DNA of 64,000 bases, from contig DUPF01000277.1 of NCBI GenBank assembly GCA_012838445.1, forward strand, positions 63 to 64,062. The letters run 5' to 3'. Shown piece by piece: positions 14,334-25,828 of this stretch; position 1 is the stretch's first letter, and each line of letters begins with the position of its first letter. The notes under the pieces are model-generated. The model had not been told where the DNA came from. It made no database searches and worked only from the letters and a program-made list of their open reading frames with translations. The translations under genes and the position numbers were made by a program. Source of the stretch: Intrasporangiaceae bacterium (lineage in GTDB: Bacteria; Actinomycetota; Actinomycetes; Actinomycetales; Dermatophilaceae).

Positions 14334-15335
14334 CGCGTCCTCGTTCTCCAGGGCCGGGCCGGAGCCGACGAGCAGGTGGTAGAGCACCGCCATCCGCACC
14401 GCGACCCCGGCCGAGACCTGGTCGAGGATGACGGAGTGGAGGCTGTCGGCGGCGTCGGCGCTGATCTCCAGGCCGCGGTTCATCGGGCCGGGGTGCATGA
14501 CGAGGATGTTCTCGTTGGCGGCCTGCAACCGGTCCAGTCGAGGGCGGGTCAGCCCGTAGCCGACGGTGTACTCGCGCGGGGTCGGGAAGAAGCCGCCGCT
14601 CATCCGCTCGCGCTGCACGCGCAGCATCATGACGATGTCGGGAGGCGGTCCGGCATACAGGCTCTCGTCGAGGTCGTTCGAGGTCGCGAACCCGGCCGTC
14701 CGGGACCAGGCCCCGATCCCGGCGGGCATGAGCGTCGGCGGGGCGACCACGGTGACGTCGGCGCCGAGGGTGTTGAGCAGGAGCACATTCGAGCGGAACA
14801 CCCGGCTGTGGGCCAGGTCCCCGACGATGACGACCCGCTTGCCGGCGAGGGCCCCGAGCCGCTGGATCATCGTGTATGCGTCGAGCAGCGCCTGCGTCGG
14901 ATGCTCGTGGGTGCCGTCGCCGGCGTTGACGACGCTCGCGGGGCGCCCGTCGGCGGCGAGCCACTCGGCGACCTGGTGGCAGGCGCCGCTGGCGCTGTGC
15001 CGGATGACGAGGGCGTCGACGGCCATCGCGGTGATCGTGCGGACGGTGTCCCGCAACGACTCGCCCTTCGAGGCCGAGGAGCCCTTGCCGGTGATGTTGA
15101 TCGTGTCCGCCGACATCCACTTGCCGGCGATCTCGAAGCTGGAGCGGGTGCGGGTGGAGTCCTCGAAGAACAGGTTGATGACGGTCCGTCCGCGCAGGGC
15201 GGGCAGCTTCTTGACGTCGCGGCGTTGCACGTCGTGCATCGAGGCGGCCGTCCCGAGGATCTCGAGGGCCTCGTCGCGCGTCAGGTCGCCGGCCGAGAGC
15301 AGGTGGCGGGCGGCCGGGGCGTGATCGGCGGCCAT
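14328..15335 (-). CDS. pyrB: Aspartate carbamoyltransferase catalytic subunit
   Basis: [32 protein letters not shown]. Confidence 0.97.
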   Translation of the reverse strand: MAADHAPAARHLLSAGDLTRDEALEILGTAASMHDVQRRDVKKLPALRGRTVINLFFEDSTRTRSSFEIAGKWMSADTINITGKGSSASKGESLRDTVRTITAMAVDALVIRHSASGACHQVAEWLAADGRPASVVNAGDGTHEHPTQALLDAYTMIQRLGALAGKRVVIVGDLAHSRVFRSNVLLLNTLGADVTVVAPPTLMPAGIGAWSRTAGFATSNDLDESLYAGPPPDIVMMLRVQRERMSGGFFPTPREYTVGYGLTRPRLDRLQAANENILVMHPGPMNRGLEISADAADSLHSVILDQVSAGVAVRMAVLYHLLVGSGPALENEDAA

Positions 15336-15336
15336 G

Positions 15337-16002
<666 letters not shown>

Positions 16003-16086
16003 CTAACGCCTCGCCGCCACCGTCCCCGACCGGTGTCCGGCGCGTCGCCACGTCTGCCGCATCACACCCCGTCCTCACACCCGCGA

Positions 16087-16188
16087 CCTCCCCCCGCCGC
16101 CCCCGTCGACGGATGGTTCTGGTCACGCTTTTTCGCCGGAACCGGGCCCAGAACCATCCCTCAACCTGGGCTGCCGGCGGCGGAGGAG
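16087..16188. repeat. Long imperfect palindrome (REP/MITE-like)
   Basis: GGATGGTTCTGG (16111-16122) and CCAGAACCATCC (16148-16159) are a perfect 12-bp inverted repeat; outer arms CTCC..CCGCCGCC / GGCGGCGGAGGAG. Confidence 0.6.
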
Positions 16189-16301
16189 ACGGTTCGGGCC
16201 GGTCCCAGCATGTGGAATGCATAACGCCTGCCTATGCCTGCCCCAACCTCATGTGATGTAGTGGTCCGCGACCCGATCGCTGCCGTCCCGAAGGAGGCGA
16301 G

Positions 16302-16484
16302 ATGTCCCCCACGACCACCCCATCGACACCAGGTGCCCCGTCCTGTGCGGACACCTCGCCGCCCGCGACGACTGACGAGCGTGTTCCTGGCCTCTTCCCG
16401 CCCAAGGACGCCGACGAGGCGACCCGCCGGGCCTGGCTGGCCGACACCCCCTGGCCCGAGGTGGTCTTCGCCACCGCCCGCTGA
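16302..16484 (+). CDS. Putative small protein (60 aa)
   Basis: AAGGAGG SD directly upstream of ATG; fills an otherwise intergenic gap divergent from pyrR. Confidence 0.5.
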   Translation: MSPTTTPSTPGAPSCADTSPPATTDERVPGLFPPKDADEATRRAWLADTPWPEVVFATAR

Positions 16485-16510
16485 GCGCGAGAGGGCCTCA
16501 GCACAGGACG

Positions 16511-17650
16511 TCAGCGCGGCGAGCGCGGGCGCGGCCCGGCGAGGTCGTGCTCGATCGGTACGACCTGCGGGCGCAGCGCGACGAGCGCGTCGAGCGTGCC
16601 GAGCGCACTGATCTCGTCGACGATCGTGCGGGTCGGCGCGACCATGTTCAGCCGCCCGTGCTCGACCGCGTCGATCAGATCGGCGACCGGCATCCACACC
16701 GAGTCGTGCGCCTCCCCGGTGCTGTGCGTGAACTCCGCCCCGTCGGCGACCGGCAGGAGGAAGAACATCACATCGAACCGTTTCGGGTACGCGATCGGCG
16801 TGACCCACCGGTCCCACGGGATGAGGTCCCCCGGGTTGACGACCGCGCCGGCCTCCTCGGCGACCTCGCGCACCGCACACGCTTCGGCGACCCCGATCCC
16901 GATCCGGTATGCGGTGCTCGTGTCGATCGGATCGACTCGCCCTCCGGGGAAGACGACTGCCCCGGGCACGAAGTCCATCGTGTCTGCCCGGTGCTGGATG
17001 AACACCTCGAGCGCGCCGTCCCGGTCCCGGACGGGGATGACGCTGACGGCGGGAGCCGGCTCCGGCTCGTCCCGCAACGCGACGACCATCCCGGCGCGGC
17101 GGCCGGCGGCGGCCAGGCCGAGGTCGCTTTCGATCCGGCGCAGCGGCGCCAGTCGCTCCCACTCGAGCGGGTGCGAGTCCGGGCCGATCTCGACGAAGCC
17201 CTCCCGCGCATACCAGGGGCCGTTCCACAGCACGTCGGCGTAGGTCATCAGGGTGAGCCGGTCCTGACCGCGGGCGAGCACCTCCCCCATGGCGGCGCGC
17301 AGCAGCATCGTGCCGATGCCGCGCCGCCCGGCGTCCGGGCGCACCGCGATCTGGTCGAGGTGCAGACCGGTCGAGCCGTGCTCGGCGAGGTCGACGACAT
17401 GCGCGAAGCCGAGGACCTCGGGCTGGCCGACGGCGAGGATGAAACCGGGCCGGGACGCGCGCTGCTCCCCCGGCGTCGGGGCCGGCCAGTCGTCCATCTC
17501 CAGGGCGGATCCGGCCCACATCGCCTGGAACATCGCGTCGGCCTCCCCCTCGATCTCGGCGAGGGCGGTGATGTCGACGGGGGTCGCATACCGGACACAG
17601 GTCAGCGACAGCCGTGGCCCGGCACCCACTCCCGCTCCCGACGTCGTCAC
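16511..17650 (-). CDS. GNAT acetyltransferase-Nudix hydrolase fusion
   Basis: GNAT motif A (LDQIAVRPDAGRRGIG; NGPWYAREGF), then Nudix FPGGRVD...AVREVAEEAG, WVTP...KRFD. Start approximate. Confidence 0.85.
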   Translation of the reverse strand: MTTSGAGVGAGPRLSLTCVRYATPVDITALAEIEGEADAMFQAMWAGSALEMDDWPAPTPGEQRASRPGFILAVGQPEVLGFAHVVDLAEHGSTGLHLDQIAVRPDAGRRGIGTMLLRAAMGEVLARGQDRLTLMTYADVLWNGPWYAREGFVEIGPDSHPLEWERLAPLRRIESDLGLAAAGRRAGMVVALRDEPEPAPAVSVIPVRDRDGALEVFIQHRADTMDFVPGAVVFPGGRVDPIDTSTAYRIGIGVAEACAVREVAEEAGAVVNPGDLIPWDRWVTPIAYPKRFDVMFFLLPVADGAEFTHSTGEAHDSVWMPVADLIDAVEHGRLNMVAPTRTIVDEISALGTLDALVALRPQVVPIEHDLAGPRPRSPR

Positions 17651-17660
17651 AGCAGCATCA

Positions 17661-18074
17661 TCACAGCAACGTGGGCTTGACCTGCAGGAGCCGGCCGAGG
17701 AGACCGTTGACGAAGGCCGGGGAGTCGTCCGTGGAGAGCTGTTTGGCCAACTCGACCGCCTCGCTGATCGCGACCGGTCCGGGCACGTCCGTCGCGAAGA
17801 GCACCTCGTAGGCGCCGAGGCGCAGGATCGCCCGGTCCACCGCGGGCATCCGGTCCAGGGACCAGCCCTGCGCATACGTGCTCAAGGCGTCGTTGATGTC
17901 GCCCCAGTGCTCGACGACACCCTCGACCAGACTGACGGTGAACTCGTTCAGCGGCGCCTCGGTGACCGGGGCGGCCAGCCGGTCCCGGAGCAGTTCGAGC
18001 GCGTTGACCTGGCGCTGCTCGGCCTCGTAGAGCAGGTCGAGCGCGCGTTTGCGGGCCTTGGAGCGGGATGCCAC
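17661..18074 (-). CDS. nusB: Transcription antitermination factor NusB
   Basis: RSKARKRALDLLYEA, DRMPAVDRAILR, FVNGLL. Confidence 0.97.
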   Translation of the reverse strand: MASRSKARKRALDLLYEAEQRQVNALELLRDRLAAPVTEAPLNEFTVSLVEGVVEHWGDINDALSTYAQGWSLDRMPAVDRAILRLGAYEVLFATDVPGPVAISEAVELAKQLSTDDSPAFVNGLLGRLLQVKPTLL

Positions 18075-18092
18075 CGTCGGGTCACAGGCCGA

Positions 18093-18653
18093 TCAGTTGA
18101 CCCGGCCGAGGTAGGACCCGTCGCGGGTGTCGACCTTGACCTTCGTGCCGGACTCGAGGAAGAGCGGGACCTGGATCGAGGCACCGGTCTCGAGGGTAGC
18201 CGGCTTGGTGCCGCCGGTGGAGCGGTCCCCCTGCAGCCCCGGCTCCGTGTAGGTGATCTCGAGGACCACCGACGCGGGCAGTTCGATGAACAGCGGGGTG
18301 CCCTCGTGGCGGGCGACGAGCACGTCCTGGTTCTCGAGCATGTAGTTGCTCGCGTCGCCGACGATCTCCGGGGTGACCTCGACCTGGTCGTAGGTGTCGG
18401 GGTCCATGAAGACGAAGTTGGATCCGTCGTTGTAGAGGTACTGCATCGTGCGGCGGTCGACGTTCGCGGTCTCCACCTTGACGCCGGCGTTGAAGGTCTT
18501 GTCGACGGTCTTGCCGGTCGTGACGTTCTTCAACTTGGTCCGCACGAAGGCCGGGCCCTTGCCGGGCTTGACGTGCTGGAACTCCACGACGGTCCAGAGG
18601 TGTCCGTCGATCTTGAGGACCATGCCGTTCTTGAGGTCGTTCGTCGTTGCCAC
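18093..18653 (-). CDS. efp: Elongation factor P
   Basis: ATTNDLKNG...[16 protein letters not shown]...[15 protein letters not shown]. Confidence 0.98.
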   Translation of the reverse strand: MATTNDLKNGMVLKIDGHLWTVVEFQHVKPGKGPAFVRTKLKNVTTGKTVDKTFNAGVKVETANVDRRTMQYLYNDGSNFVFMDPDTYDQVEVTPEIVGDASNYMLENQDVLVARHEGTPLFIELPASVVLEITYTEPGLQGDRSTGGTKPATLETGASIQVPLFLESGTKVKVDTRDGSYLGRVN

Positions 18654-18828
18654 GCGTGGTGTCTTCCTGTTGGTTCGGGTCGCCGCGGGTCCCGTCGGTG
18701 TCACGGGCGCGGTGCTGCGGGATCGCGGATCAGTGTAACCGCCGGGAGCGCTCCTCCCGTCCCTGCCCGCATCCGCGGGCACCTCCCCCGGGGGCGCGCG
18801 GCGTTGCGCGATCGGTGATGATGAGGGC

Positions 18829-20565
18829 ATGGCCCTGGGCGACTGGTTCCTCTCCCCCGCCGAGCGGGAGAACCCGCACACCGTCATCGACGCGGTCCGT
18901 GACGGGGAGCGGGCCTGGTCCGGCGGGAACGAGGTCCGACCCCTCGTCCACGGCGCGCCCTACTTCGCCGAACTCGCCGAGCGGATCACGGCGATGGGGG
19001 CCGGCGACCGGGTCTACTTCGTCGACTGGCGCGGGGATCCGGACGAGATGCTCAACGCGGACGGCACCACGCTCGTCGACGTCCTCACCTCGGCGCTCGC
19101 CCGCGGCGTCGATGTGCGGGGGCTGCTGTGGCGCTCGCACTGGCGCAAACTGGGCTTCCACTCCGAGAAGGCGTTCCGGCTCGGCAAGCAGATCGAGGCC
19201 GCCGGTGGGCAGTGCCTGCGGGACATGCGGGTGCGCACCCTCGGCTCGCACCACCAGAAGTTCGTCGTGCTCCGCCACCGGGGGGCACCGGAGCGGGACG
19301 TCGCCTATGTCGGCGGGATCGACCTGTGCCACAGCCGTCGCGACGACGACGAGCATCTCGGCGACGAGCAGGCGCTGCGGACGGCCGCCGAGTACGGGCC
19401 GCGCCCGGCTTGGCACGACGTCCAGGTCGCGATCAGTGGCCCGGCCGTCCACGACGTCGAGACGACGTTCCGGGAGCGGTGGGAGGACAGCACCCCGCTC
19501 ACCCTCAACCCCGGGCGGCGGTTGACGTCGTGGCTGCAGGCCGAGGACCAGCAGGCCGAACCGCTCGGGGAGCAGTGGCCCCCACCGGAGCCGGTGCCAG
19601 ACGGTCACGACGCGGTGCAGATCGTGCGCACCTATCCGGCGATCCAACCGGTCGGCTACGACTTCGCCCCGGACGGGGAGCGCAGCATCGTCCTGGCCAA
19701 CTCCAAGGCGATGGCGCACGCCCGCTCGCTGATCTATGTCGAGGACCAGTACCTCTGGGGCGAGGAGGTCGGGGAGCATTTCGCGACGGTGCTGCGCGAG
19801 CAGCCCGGTCTGCGGCTGGTCATCGTCCTGCCCGCAGTCCCCGACGTCGACGGGGCGGCGGAACGCACCGCCCAGCTCACCGCCCGACTCATGTCGCTCG
19901 AACCGATCCTCGAGGCCGGCGGCGACCGGGTCGCGGTGTTCAGCCTGACGAACAGCGCCGGCCTGCCGGTCTATGTCCACTCCAAGGTGTGCATCATCGA
20001 CGACCGGTGGGCCAGCGTCGGCTCGGACAACTTCAACCGCCGGTCCTGGACGAGCGACTCGGAGATCGCCTGCATGGTCATGGACGAGCGCACCGACGGC
20101 CTCGGCCCGGACGACCCGGTCCCGGCGGACGGGTTCCCGCTGCGGCTGCGCCGGATGCTCTGCGGGGAGCACCTCGGCATCCCCGCCGACGAGGTCCCGG
20201 ACGATCCGGACGAGCTCTTCACCGCCCTGAAGGAGGCGGCCGACCGCCTCGATGAGTGGTATGCGACCAGCGCCGCCGAGCGGGCCCGTGGACTGCGTCG
20301 GGTGGCTGAGCGGGTGTGCGACCGGCGTCGGTACCTGCCGCGGGCGCGGCGCTCGGCCCGGGAGCGGGTCGCCGCCGATGCGGCGTCGTGGCAGGAGCGG
20401 GCCGAGGCGCTCGGCGGTCGTCCGCCGGGTCAGTTGCGGGCCCTCGTGCTGCCGGAGTTGACGGATCTGCAGCGGTGGTGGGGCCGGCGGGCCTATGCGG
20501 CCATGGATCCGGACGGGACGCTCGGCCGGGACGAGGACCTCGAGGAGCAGAGCCGCCCCGGCTGA
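18829..20565 (+). CDS. Phospholipase D family protein
   Basis: Two HKD-like motifs (HHQKFVVLR...GGID and HSKVCIIDD...GSDN), plus WHD and IYVEDQY. Confidence 0.88.
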   Translation: MALGDWFLSPAERENPHTVIDAVRDGERAWSGGNEVRPLVHGAPYFAELAERITAMGAGDRVYFVDWRGDPDEMLNADGTTLVDVLTSALARGVDVRGLLWRSHWRKLGFHSEKAFRLGKQIEAAGGQCLRDMRVRTLGSHHQKFVVLRHRGAPERDVAYVGGIDLCHSRRDDDEHLGDEQALRTAAEYGPRPAWHDVQVAISGPAVHDVETTFRERWEDSTPLTLNPGRRLTSWLQAEDQQAEPLGEQWPPPEPVPDGHDAVQIVRTYPAIQPVGYDFAPDGERSIVLANSKAMAHARSLIYVEDQYLWGEEVGEHFATVLREQPGLRLVIVLPAVPDVDGAAERTAQLTARLMSLEPILEAGGDRVAVFSLTNSAGLPVYVHSKVCIIDDRWASVGSDNFNRRSWTSDSEIACMVMDERTDGLGPDDPVPADGFPLRLRRMLCGEHLGIPADEVPDDPDELFTALKEAADRLDEWYATSAAERARGLRRVAERVCDRRRYLPRARRSARERVAADAASWQERAEALGGRPPGQLRALVLPELTDLQRWWGRRAYAAMDPDGTLGRDEDLEEQSRPG

Positions 20566-20568
20566 TCC

Positions 20569-20602
20569 CCGCCACAACTTCGCGATTGCGAAGTTATGGC
20601 GG
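20569..20602. terminator. Probable bidirectional terminator between PLD and aroB
   Basis: CCGCCA-CAACTTCGC-GATT-GCGAAGTTA-TGGCGG hairpin between convergent genes. Confidence 0.65.
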
Positions 20603-20638
20603 CGGATGCGCGGCGAAGAGGATCGAGGCAGGCTCGGG

Positions 20639-21745
20639 TCAGCGTTCGGCGGCGACGCTGCGGTAGGCGGCGCGCAACTGGTCCTCGGTCGGACCCTCGA
20701 GCCGGGTCACCGAGCCGAGTCCGTCGAGGACGACGAACCGCAGCAGCGCACCCCGGGACTTCTTGTCCCGCCGCATCGCCTCGAGGAGCCGCTCGAATCG
20801 GGCCGCTGTCGGCTCCTGCGCCCAGTGGTCGGTCACCGGGAGCCCGATGGCGGTGAGCACGCTGCGGTGGCGGGCGACGAGGTCGGCACCGATCAGGCCC
20901 GCACCTCGCGCCAGTTCGGCCGCGAAGACCATGCCGACGCTGATCGCCTCCCCGTGGCGGATCCGGTAGTCCTCGACCTGCTCGATGGCGTGGCCGAGGG
21001 TGTGTCCGTAGTTGAGGATCTCGCGCAGCCACGACTCCTTGAGGTCCTGCGCGACGACCTGGGCCTTGACGGTGATCTTGCGTTCGATGAGCTCGCGCAG
21101 CACGGGACCGCGCACATCGAGGCAGGCGGCCGGGTCGGCCTCGATGCGGTCGAGGATCACCGGGTCGGCGATGAACCCGCCCTTGACCACCTCGGCCAGT
21201 CCGGCGCGCAGGTCCGCCTCGGGCAGCGTGTCGAGGGTCGCCAGGTCGCACAGCACGGCGGCCGGCGGATGGAACGCGCCGACAAGGTTCTTGCCTGAAG
21301 CGGTGTTGATCCCGGTCTTGCCCCCGACGGCGGCGTCGACCATCGCCAGGACGGTCGTCGGCACCTGGATGACCGCGACCCCGCGCAGCCACGTCGCGGC
21401 GACGAACCCGGCCAGGTCGGTCACGGTGCCGCCGCCGACCCCGATGACGACATCGCTGCGGGTAAAGGCGGCCGCCCCAAGCCGGTCCCACAGGTCGGTG
21501 AGCACCGTTGCGGTCTTTGCGGTCTCGGCATCCGGGACCTCGGCCAGGTGGGTCCGCACCCCGGCCTCCGCGACGACGGCGGCGTATGCGTCGGCCAGCT
21601 CCCGCAGGGTCGGCGGGTGGACGATGAGGGCCTGGGCTGCCCCGGCGGGCAACACCGTCGGGAGCCGGTCGCGCAGCCCGCGTCCGACGAGGACGTCGTA
21701 GTCGTCCCCCACGGAGATGGTGCTGATCGAGGTCGAGCCGCTCAT
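20639..21745 (-). CDS. aroB: 3-dehydroquinate synthase
   Basis: GGGTVTDLAGF, DAAVGGKTG, LNYGHTLGHAIE, HGEAI. Confidence 0.97.
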   Translation of the reverse strand: MSGSTSISTISVGDDYDVLVGRGLRDRLPTVLPAGAAQALIVHPPTLRELADAYAAVVAEAGVRTHLAEVPDAETAKTATVLTDLWDRLGAAAFTRSDVVIGVGGGTVTDLAGFVAATWLRGVAVIQVPTTVLAMVDAAVGGKTGINTASGKNLVGAFHPPAAVLCDLATLDTLPEADLRAGLAEVVKGGFIADPVILDRIEADPAACLDVRGPVLRELIERKITVKAQVVAQDLKESWLREILNYGHTLGHAIEQVEDYRIRHGEAISVGMVFAAELARGAGLIGADLVARHRSVLTAIGLPVTDHWAQEPTAARFERLLEAMRRDKKSRGALLRFVVLDGLGSVTRLEGPTEDQLRAAYRSVAAER

Positions 21746-22293
21746 CGCATACCTCCTGGAGCAGAGTCGCTGAGGGCGATGAGGATCTCCTCGACGACCT
21801 CCTCGGGGCTGCGTCCGGCGGTGTCCACCTGCCAGCGGGCGAGCCGCTCGTAGGTCGGGCGACGCTGCTTCATCATCGCGATCCACGTCGCCCGCGGCTG
21901 GACGGCGAGCAGCGGTCGGGAGGTGTCGAAGCCGATCCGGGCGGCGGCATCGGCGATGCCGACGTCGAGGAAGACGACCGGGCGACCGGCCAGGGCGGCC
22001 CCGATCAGCTCCTGCATCGGGGCACCGCCGCCGAGGGCCAGGACACCGGTGGCCGAATCGAGCAACTCGAGGGTGACGGCCCGCTCGACGTCGCGGAAGT
22101 AGTCCTCCCCGTCGTCGACGAAGATGTCACTGATCGGTCGACCCTCCCGCTCGACGACGACGTCGTCACCGTCGACGAAGGCGACGCCGAGCCGGTCGGC
22201 GAGGAGGCGGCCGACGGTGCTCTTGCCGACGCCCATCGGACCGATGAGGACGATGAGATCTGCAGCCGGATGTTCGGTGGGCACCGGTCTCAC
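21742..22293 (-). CDS. aroK: Shikimate kinase
   Basis: [10 protein letters not shown]-loop, GEDYFR, ALGGG, RPLL. Confidence 0.95.
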   Translation of the reverse strand: MRPVPTEHPAADLIVLIGPMGVGKSTVGRLLADRLGVAFVDGDDVVVEREGRPISDIFVDDGEDYFRDVERAVTLELLDSATGVLALGGGAPMQELIGAALAGRPVVFLDVGIADAAARIGFDTSRPLLAVQPRATWIAMMKQRRPTYERLARWQVDTAGRSPEEVVEEILIALSDSAPGGMR

Positions 22294-23516
22294 TCCCAGG
22301 TGCGCATCTGCGCGGGGATCGCTGCCAGGTATCCGTCCCGGTTGCGGGCGGTCTCGGCGACGCTGTCACCGCCGAACTTCTCCAGGCACGCCTCGGCGAG
22401 GACGAGGGCGACCATCGCCTCGGCGACGACCCCGGCCGCCGGGACCGCGCACACGTCGGACCGCTGGTGGATCGCGGTCGCGGCCTCCCCGGAGGCGACG
22501 TCGACGGTCCGCAGCGCCCGCGGGACGGTGCTGATCGGCTTCATCGCCGCGCGCACCCGCAGCGTCTCCCCGGTGGACATCCCGCCCTCGGTCCCGCCGG
22601 CGCGTCCGCTCGCGCGGCGGATCACCCCGTCCGCGTCGTGGACGATCTCGTCGTGGGCCTGGGAGCCGCGCCGGGTAGCGGTGGTGAACCCGTCCCCGAC
22701 CTCGACCCCCTTGATCGCCTGGATCCCCATCAGGGCTGCGGCGAGTCGGGCATCGAGGCGCCGGTCCCAGTGGACGTGGGAGCCCAGCCCGGGTGGCAGT
22801 CCGGTCGCGATCACCTCGACGACCCCGCCGAGGGTGTCGCCGGCCTTGCGCGCCGCGTCGACCTCGGCGACCATGGCCGCGCTCGCCGCGGCGTCGAGGG
22901 TGCGGACCGGGTCGGCGTCCAGGGCGGCGACATCGTCGGGGGTCGGGACCGCGGCATCGGCCCCCACCCCGGCCGTGCCGATGGAGACGGTATGCGACAC
23001 GAGCCTGATCCCGTAGGCCTGCCGGAGGAACTGGGCGGCGACCTCCCCGAGGGCGACGCGCGCGGCGGTCTCCCGGGCGGACGCCCGTTCGAGGATCGGG
23101 CGGGCGTCGTCGTGGCCGTACTTCTGCATCCCGACCAGGTCGGCGTGCCCGGGCCGGGGCCGGGTCAGCGGCCGGTTGCGGGCGATCTCCTTCTCGGCGT
23201 TGATGTCGTCGCTCGCGGCGAAGGCCTGCGCACTGACCGGCTCGGGACTCATCACGACGTCCCACTTGGGCCACTCGGTGTTGGCGATGTGGATCGCGAT
23301 CGGCGAGCCGAGGGTGACGCCGTGGCGCACCCCGCCGAGGAAGTCGACCTCGTCCTTCTCGAAGCTCATCCGGGCACCGCGTCCGTAGCCGAGCCGGCGC
23401 CGGGCCAGGGCGGCCTGCAGGTCGACGCGACTGACCTCGACGCCGGCGGGCAGGCCCTCGAGGATCGCGACGAGGGCGGGGCCGTGGGACTCACCGGCGG
23501 TCAACCAACGCAGCAT
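22290..23516 (-). CDS. aroC: Chorismate synthase
   Basis: [34 protein letters not shown]; probable leaderless start (CAAGAT-N7-ATG). Confidence 0.98.
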   Translation of the reverse strand: MLRWLTAGESHGPALVAILEGLPAGVEVSRVDLQAALARRRLGYGRGARMSFEKDEVDFLGGVRHGVTLGSPIAIHIANTEWPKWDVVMSPEPVSAQAFAASDDINAEKEIARNRPLTRPRPGHADLVGMQKYGHDDARPILERASARETAARVALGEVAAQFLRQAYGIRLVSHTVSIGTAGVGADAAVPTPDDVAALDADPVRTLDAAASAAMVAEVDAARKAGDTLGGVVEVIATGLPPGLGSHVHWDRRLDARLAAALMGIQAIKGVEVGDGFTTATRRGSQAHDEIVHDADGVIRRASGRAGGTEGGMSTGETLRVRAAMKPISTVPRALRTVDVASGEAATAIHQRSDVCAVPAAGVVAEAMVALVLAEACLEKFGGDSVAETARNRDGYLAAIPAQMRTWE

Positions 23517-23598
23517 GTCCAGCATCTTGTCACGACCGTCCGACCCGGCGTCCGCGGTGTTCACCGCACGCGCCGCACCCGCACCTCGACGGCGGTCC

Positions 23599-24441
23599 TC
23601 ACACTCCGGCGGCGGCCCGACCCGCGGCCTGCATGGCGGCCAGGTCGGCGGGCACGCCGGTGAACAGTTCGAACTGGCGGGCGGCCTGGTGGATGAGCAT
23701 CTCGATCCCGGGGATCGTCCGGCCGCCGGACGCTTCGACCGCCGCGGCGAGCGGACTGGGCCACGGCACGTAGGCGACGTCGAAGAGGGTGCCGGAGAGT
23801 GCTCGAGATCGACCGGTGTCGGTTCGGGCCGCCTCGACGAGCGCGGGACCGGCCGCGACCGGCACCGTGGAGAGCACGAGCCGATGCGGCTGCTCGGCCC
23901 ACTGCTCCAGCGGCACCGCCCCGGCCGTCAGGCCCTGCTCCCGGGCGAACCGGACGAGCGCCTCCGCCGGCTCCCGGCGGCGGGCGGCGATGGCGACCTC
24001 CTCGACGCCGAGCTCGGTGAGGGCGACCACCGCCGAGCGGGCCGTGGCCCCGGCCCCGATGATCAGGGCCGCACCGTCGTGAACGACCCCACGCAACGAT
24101 TCGACGATCCCGATGACGTCGGTGTTGTCGGCGTCCCAAGCCAGGTCCGCGCGGCGGATGAGGGTGTTGATCGCCCCGGCCCGCCGGGCCACGTCACTGA
24201 CCGCGGCGGCCACCTCGAAGGCGACCTCCTTCAGCGGCATCGTCAGGCTCAGACCCCGCCAGGATGCGTCGAGTCCGGCGACGAACCCGGCGAGTTCGCT
24301 CTCCTGGACCTCGATCGCGTCGTAACGCCACCGCGTCAGCCCGACAGCCGCATACCCGCTGCGATGGAGCACCGGCGAGAGGGAATGGGCGATCGGTGCG
24401 CCGAGGACGGCGGCCCGATACGACTGCGACTCAGCCACCAC
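23599..24441 (-). CDS. aroE: Shikimate dehydrogenase
   Basis: [30 protein letters not shown]. Confidence 0.95.
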   Translation of the reverse strand: MVAESQSYRAAVLGAPIAHSLSPVLHRSGYAAVGLTRWRYDAIEVQESELAGFVAGLDASWRGLSLTMPLKEVAFEVAAAVSDVARRAGAINTLIRRADLAWDADNTDVIGIVESLRGVVHDGAALIIGAGATARSAVVALTELGVEEVAIAARRREPAEALVRFAREQGLTAGAVPLEQWAEQPHRLVLSTVPVAAGPALVEAARTDTGRSRALSGTLFDVAYVPWPSPLAAAVEASGGRTIPGIEMLIHQAARQFELFTGVPADLAAMQAAGRAAAGV

Positions 24442-25828
24442 CGGTGCACTTGCCCGGGTTGTCCTGGCACCACTGCACCCGCTGGGCGTCGTTGCGCTGG
24501 TGCTCCTCGAAGGTCTCGGCGAAGAGGGTCTCGCCGGTGTCGAGGTTGATGGTGACGAAGTAGAACCACTCCCCCTCGGTCGGGTTCACGGCGGCGTCGA
24601 TGGCGGCCCGTCCGGGGTTGCCGATCGGTCCGGGCGGCAGGCCCTTGAACGCATACGTGTCGTAGGGGTCGGACTTGGCCGAGTCGTACTCGGACTTGGT
24701 CAGGTTCCCGCGTTTCTGCAGGACGTAGTTGACCGTGGAGTCCATCTGCAGGAACCCGACCGTCGGCCCGGTCGGGTCGGCGAGCCGGTTCTCGACGACC
24801 CGGGCGACCTTGCCGAGATCGACGTTCGCGCGCGCCTCACCCTCGACGATCGAGGCGATGACGAGGACCCGCTGCCAGTCCTCCTCGGCGGCCCCGGCGT
24901 CCTGCAACTGCTTCTTCATCTCGTCGACGAGGGTCTTCAGGTGGGTCACCGCGGAGTCGTCGGTCTCCAGCGTGTAGGTCGCCGGGAACATCCACCCCTC
25001 GATGTTGCCCTCGGCACTCTCGGGCAGGCCGAGCGCCGCCCCGTCCGCGGCTGCGGCCTCGTAGTCCGCGACGGGGACCCCGGTGGCCTGCGACAGGGCC
25101 GCGAAGACCTCCGACTTCCACAGCCCCTCCCGCAGCGTGACCCGTTCACCGATGTAGCGGTTGTTCGCGTCGGTCAGGGCCGCTAGCGCGTCGGCGGCCT
25201 TCATCTCCTTGAGCAGGGTGTACTGCCCGGGCTGGATCGTGGCCGCCGCGTCCGGGTCCTGCCGGCTCGCGTCGACGAAGGCGGCGGTCGAGGCGATGAC
25301 CCCGGCGTCGAGGAGTTCCCTCGCGATGTCGCTGCCGGTGTCGCCCGGGTGGACGACGATCGTGGCCTCGCCGCTGCCGGGGCCGGGATAGTCCTCGGCC
25401 GAGTTGGAGAACACCCCGGTCAGTTTCGGGACGATGACCTTGTATGCGCCGAAGCCCAGGGCGACGATGACGGCCAGGGCGATGAGCGGCAGCCCGATCG
25501 ACCGGAACTTCCCGCCTCCGTCGGCCTTGCGGGAGGCGGCGTGCCGGACCCGCGCCTGGGAGCGGGTCCGGGGCGCCGCGGGGGCCGGCCGGCGGGTCCC
25601 GAAGATGTCGATGTCATCCTCGACGTGCTCCGGCTCACCGAGGAGGTCCGCGTGGAGTCCGTCGTCCTCGTGGACCGGCTCCTCGTGAACCAGGTCCTCG
25701 TGGACCACGTGCTCGTCGATGGGCTCGCCGTCGTCGACGGGATGCGGGTCCTCGATCCACTCCTGGTCGTACACCTCGTCGGGGTGTTCCTCGTCTCCGA
25801 AGTGAGAGTGCTCAGTTCGCGAACTCAC
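24431..25828 (-). CDS. mltG: Endolytic transglycosylase MltG
   Basis: Single TM segment; EGWMFPATY, ASIVEGE, LQMDSTVNY, GLPPGPIGNPG. Confidence 0.94.
   Translation of the reverse strand: MSSRTEHSHFGDEEHPDEVYDQEWIEDPHPVDDGEPIDEHVVHEDLVHEEPVHEDDGLHADLLGEPEHVEDDIDIFGTRRPAPAAPRTRSQARVRHAASRKADGGGKFRSIGLPLIALAVIVALGFGAYKVIVPKLTGVFSNSAEDYPGPGSGEATIVVHPGDTGSDIARELLDAGVIASTAAFVDASRQDPDAAATIQPGQYTLLKEMKAADALAALTDANNRYIGERVTLREGLWKSEVFAALSQATGVPVADYEAAAADGAALGLPESAEGNIEGWMFPATYTLETDDSAVTHLKTLVDEMKKQLQDAGAAEEDWQRVLVIASIVEGEARANVDLGKVARVVENRLADPTGPTVGFLQMDSTVNYVLQKRGNLTKSEYDSAKSDPYDTYAFKGLPPGPIGNPGRAAIDAAVNPTEGEWFYFVTINLDTGETLFAETFEEHQRNDAQRVQWCQDNPGKCTGGG

Noticed and set aside
18540-18575. EF-P loop KPGKGP as a novelty
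   Set aside because: Standard actinobacterial EF-P sequence.
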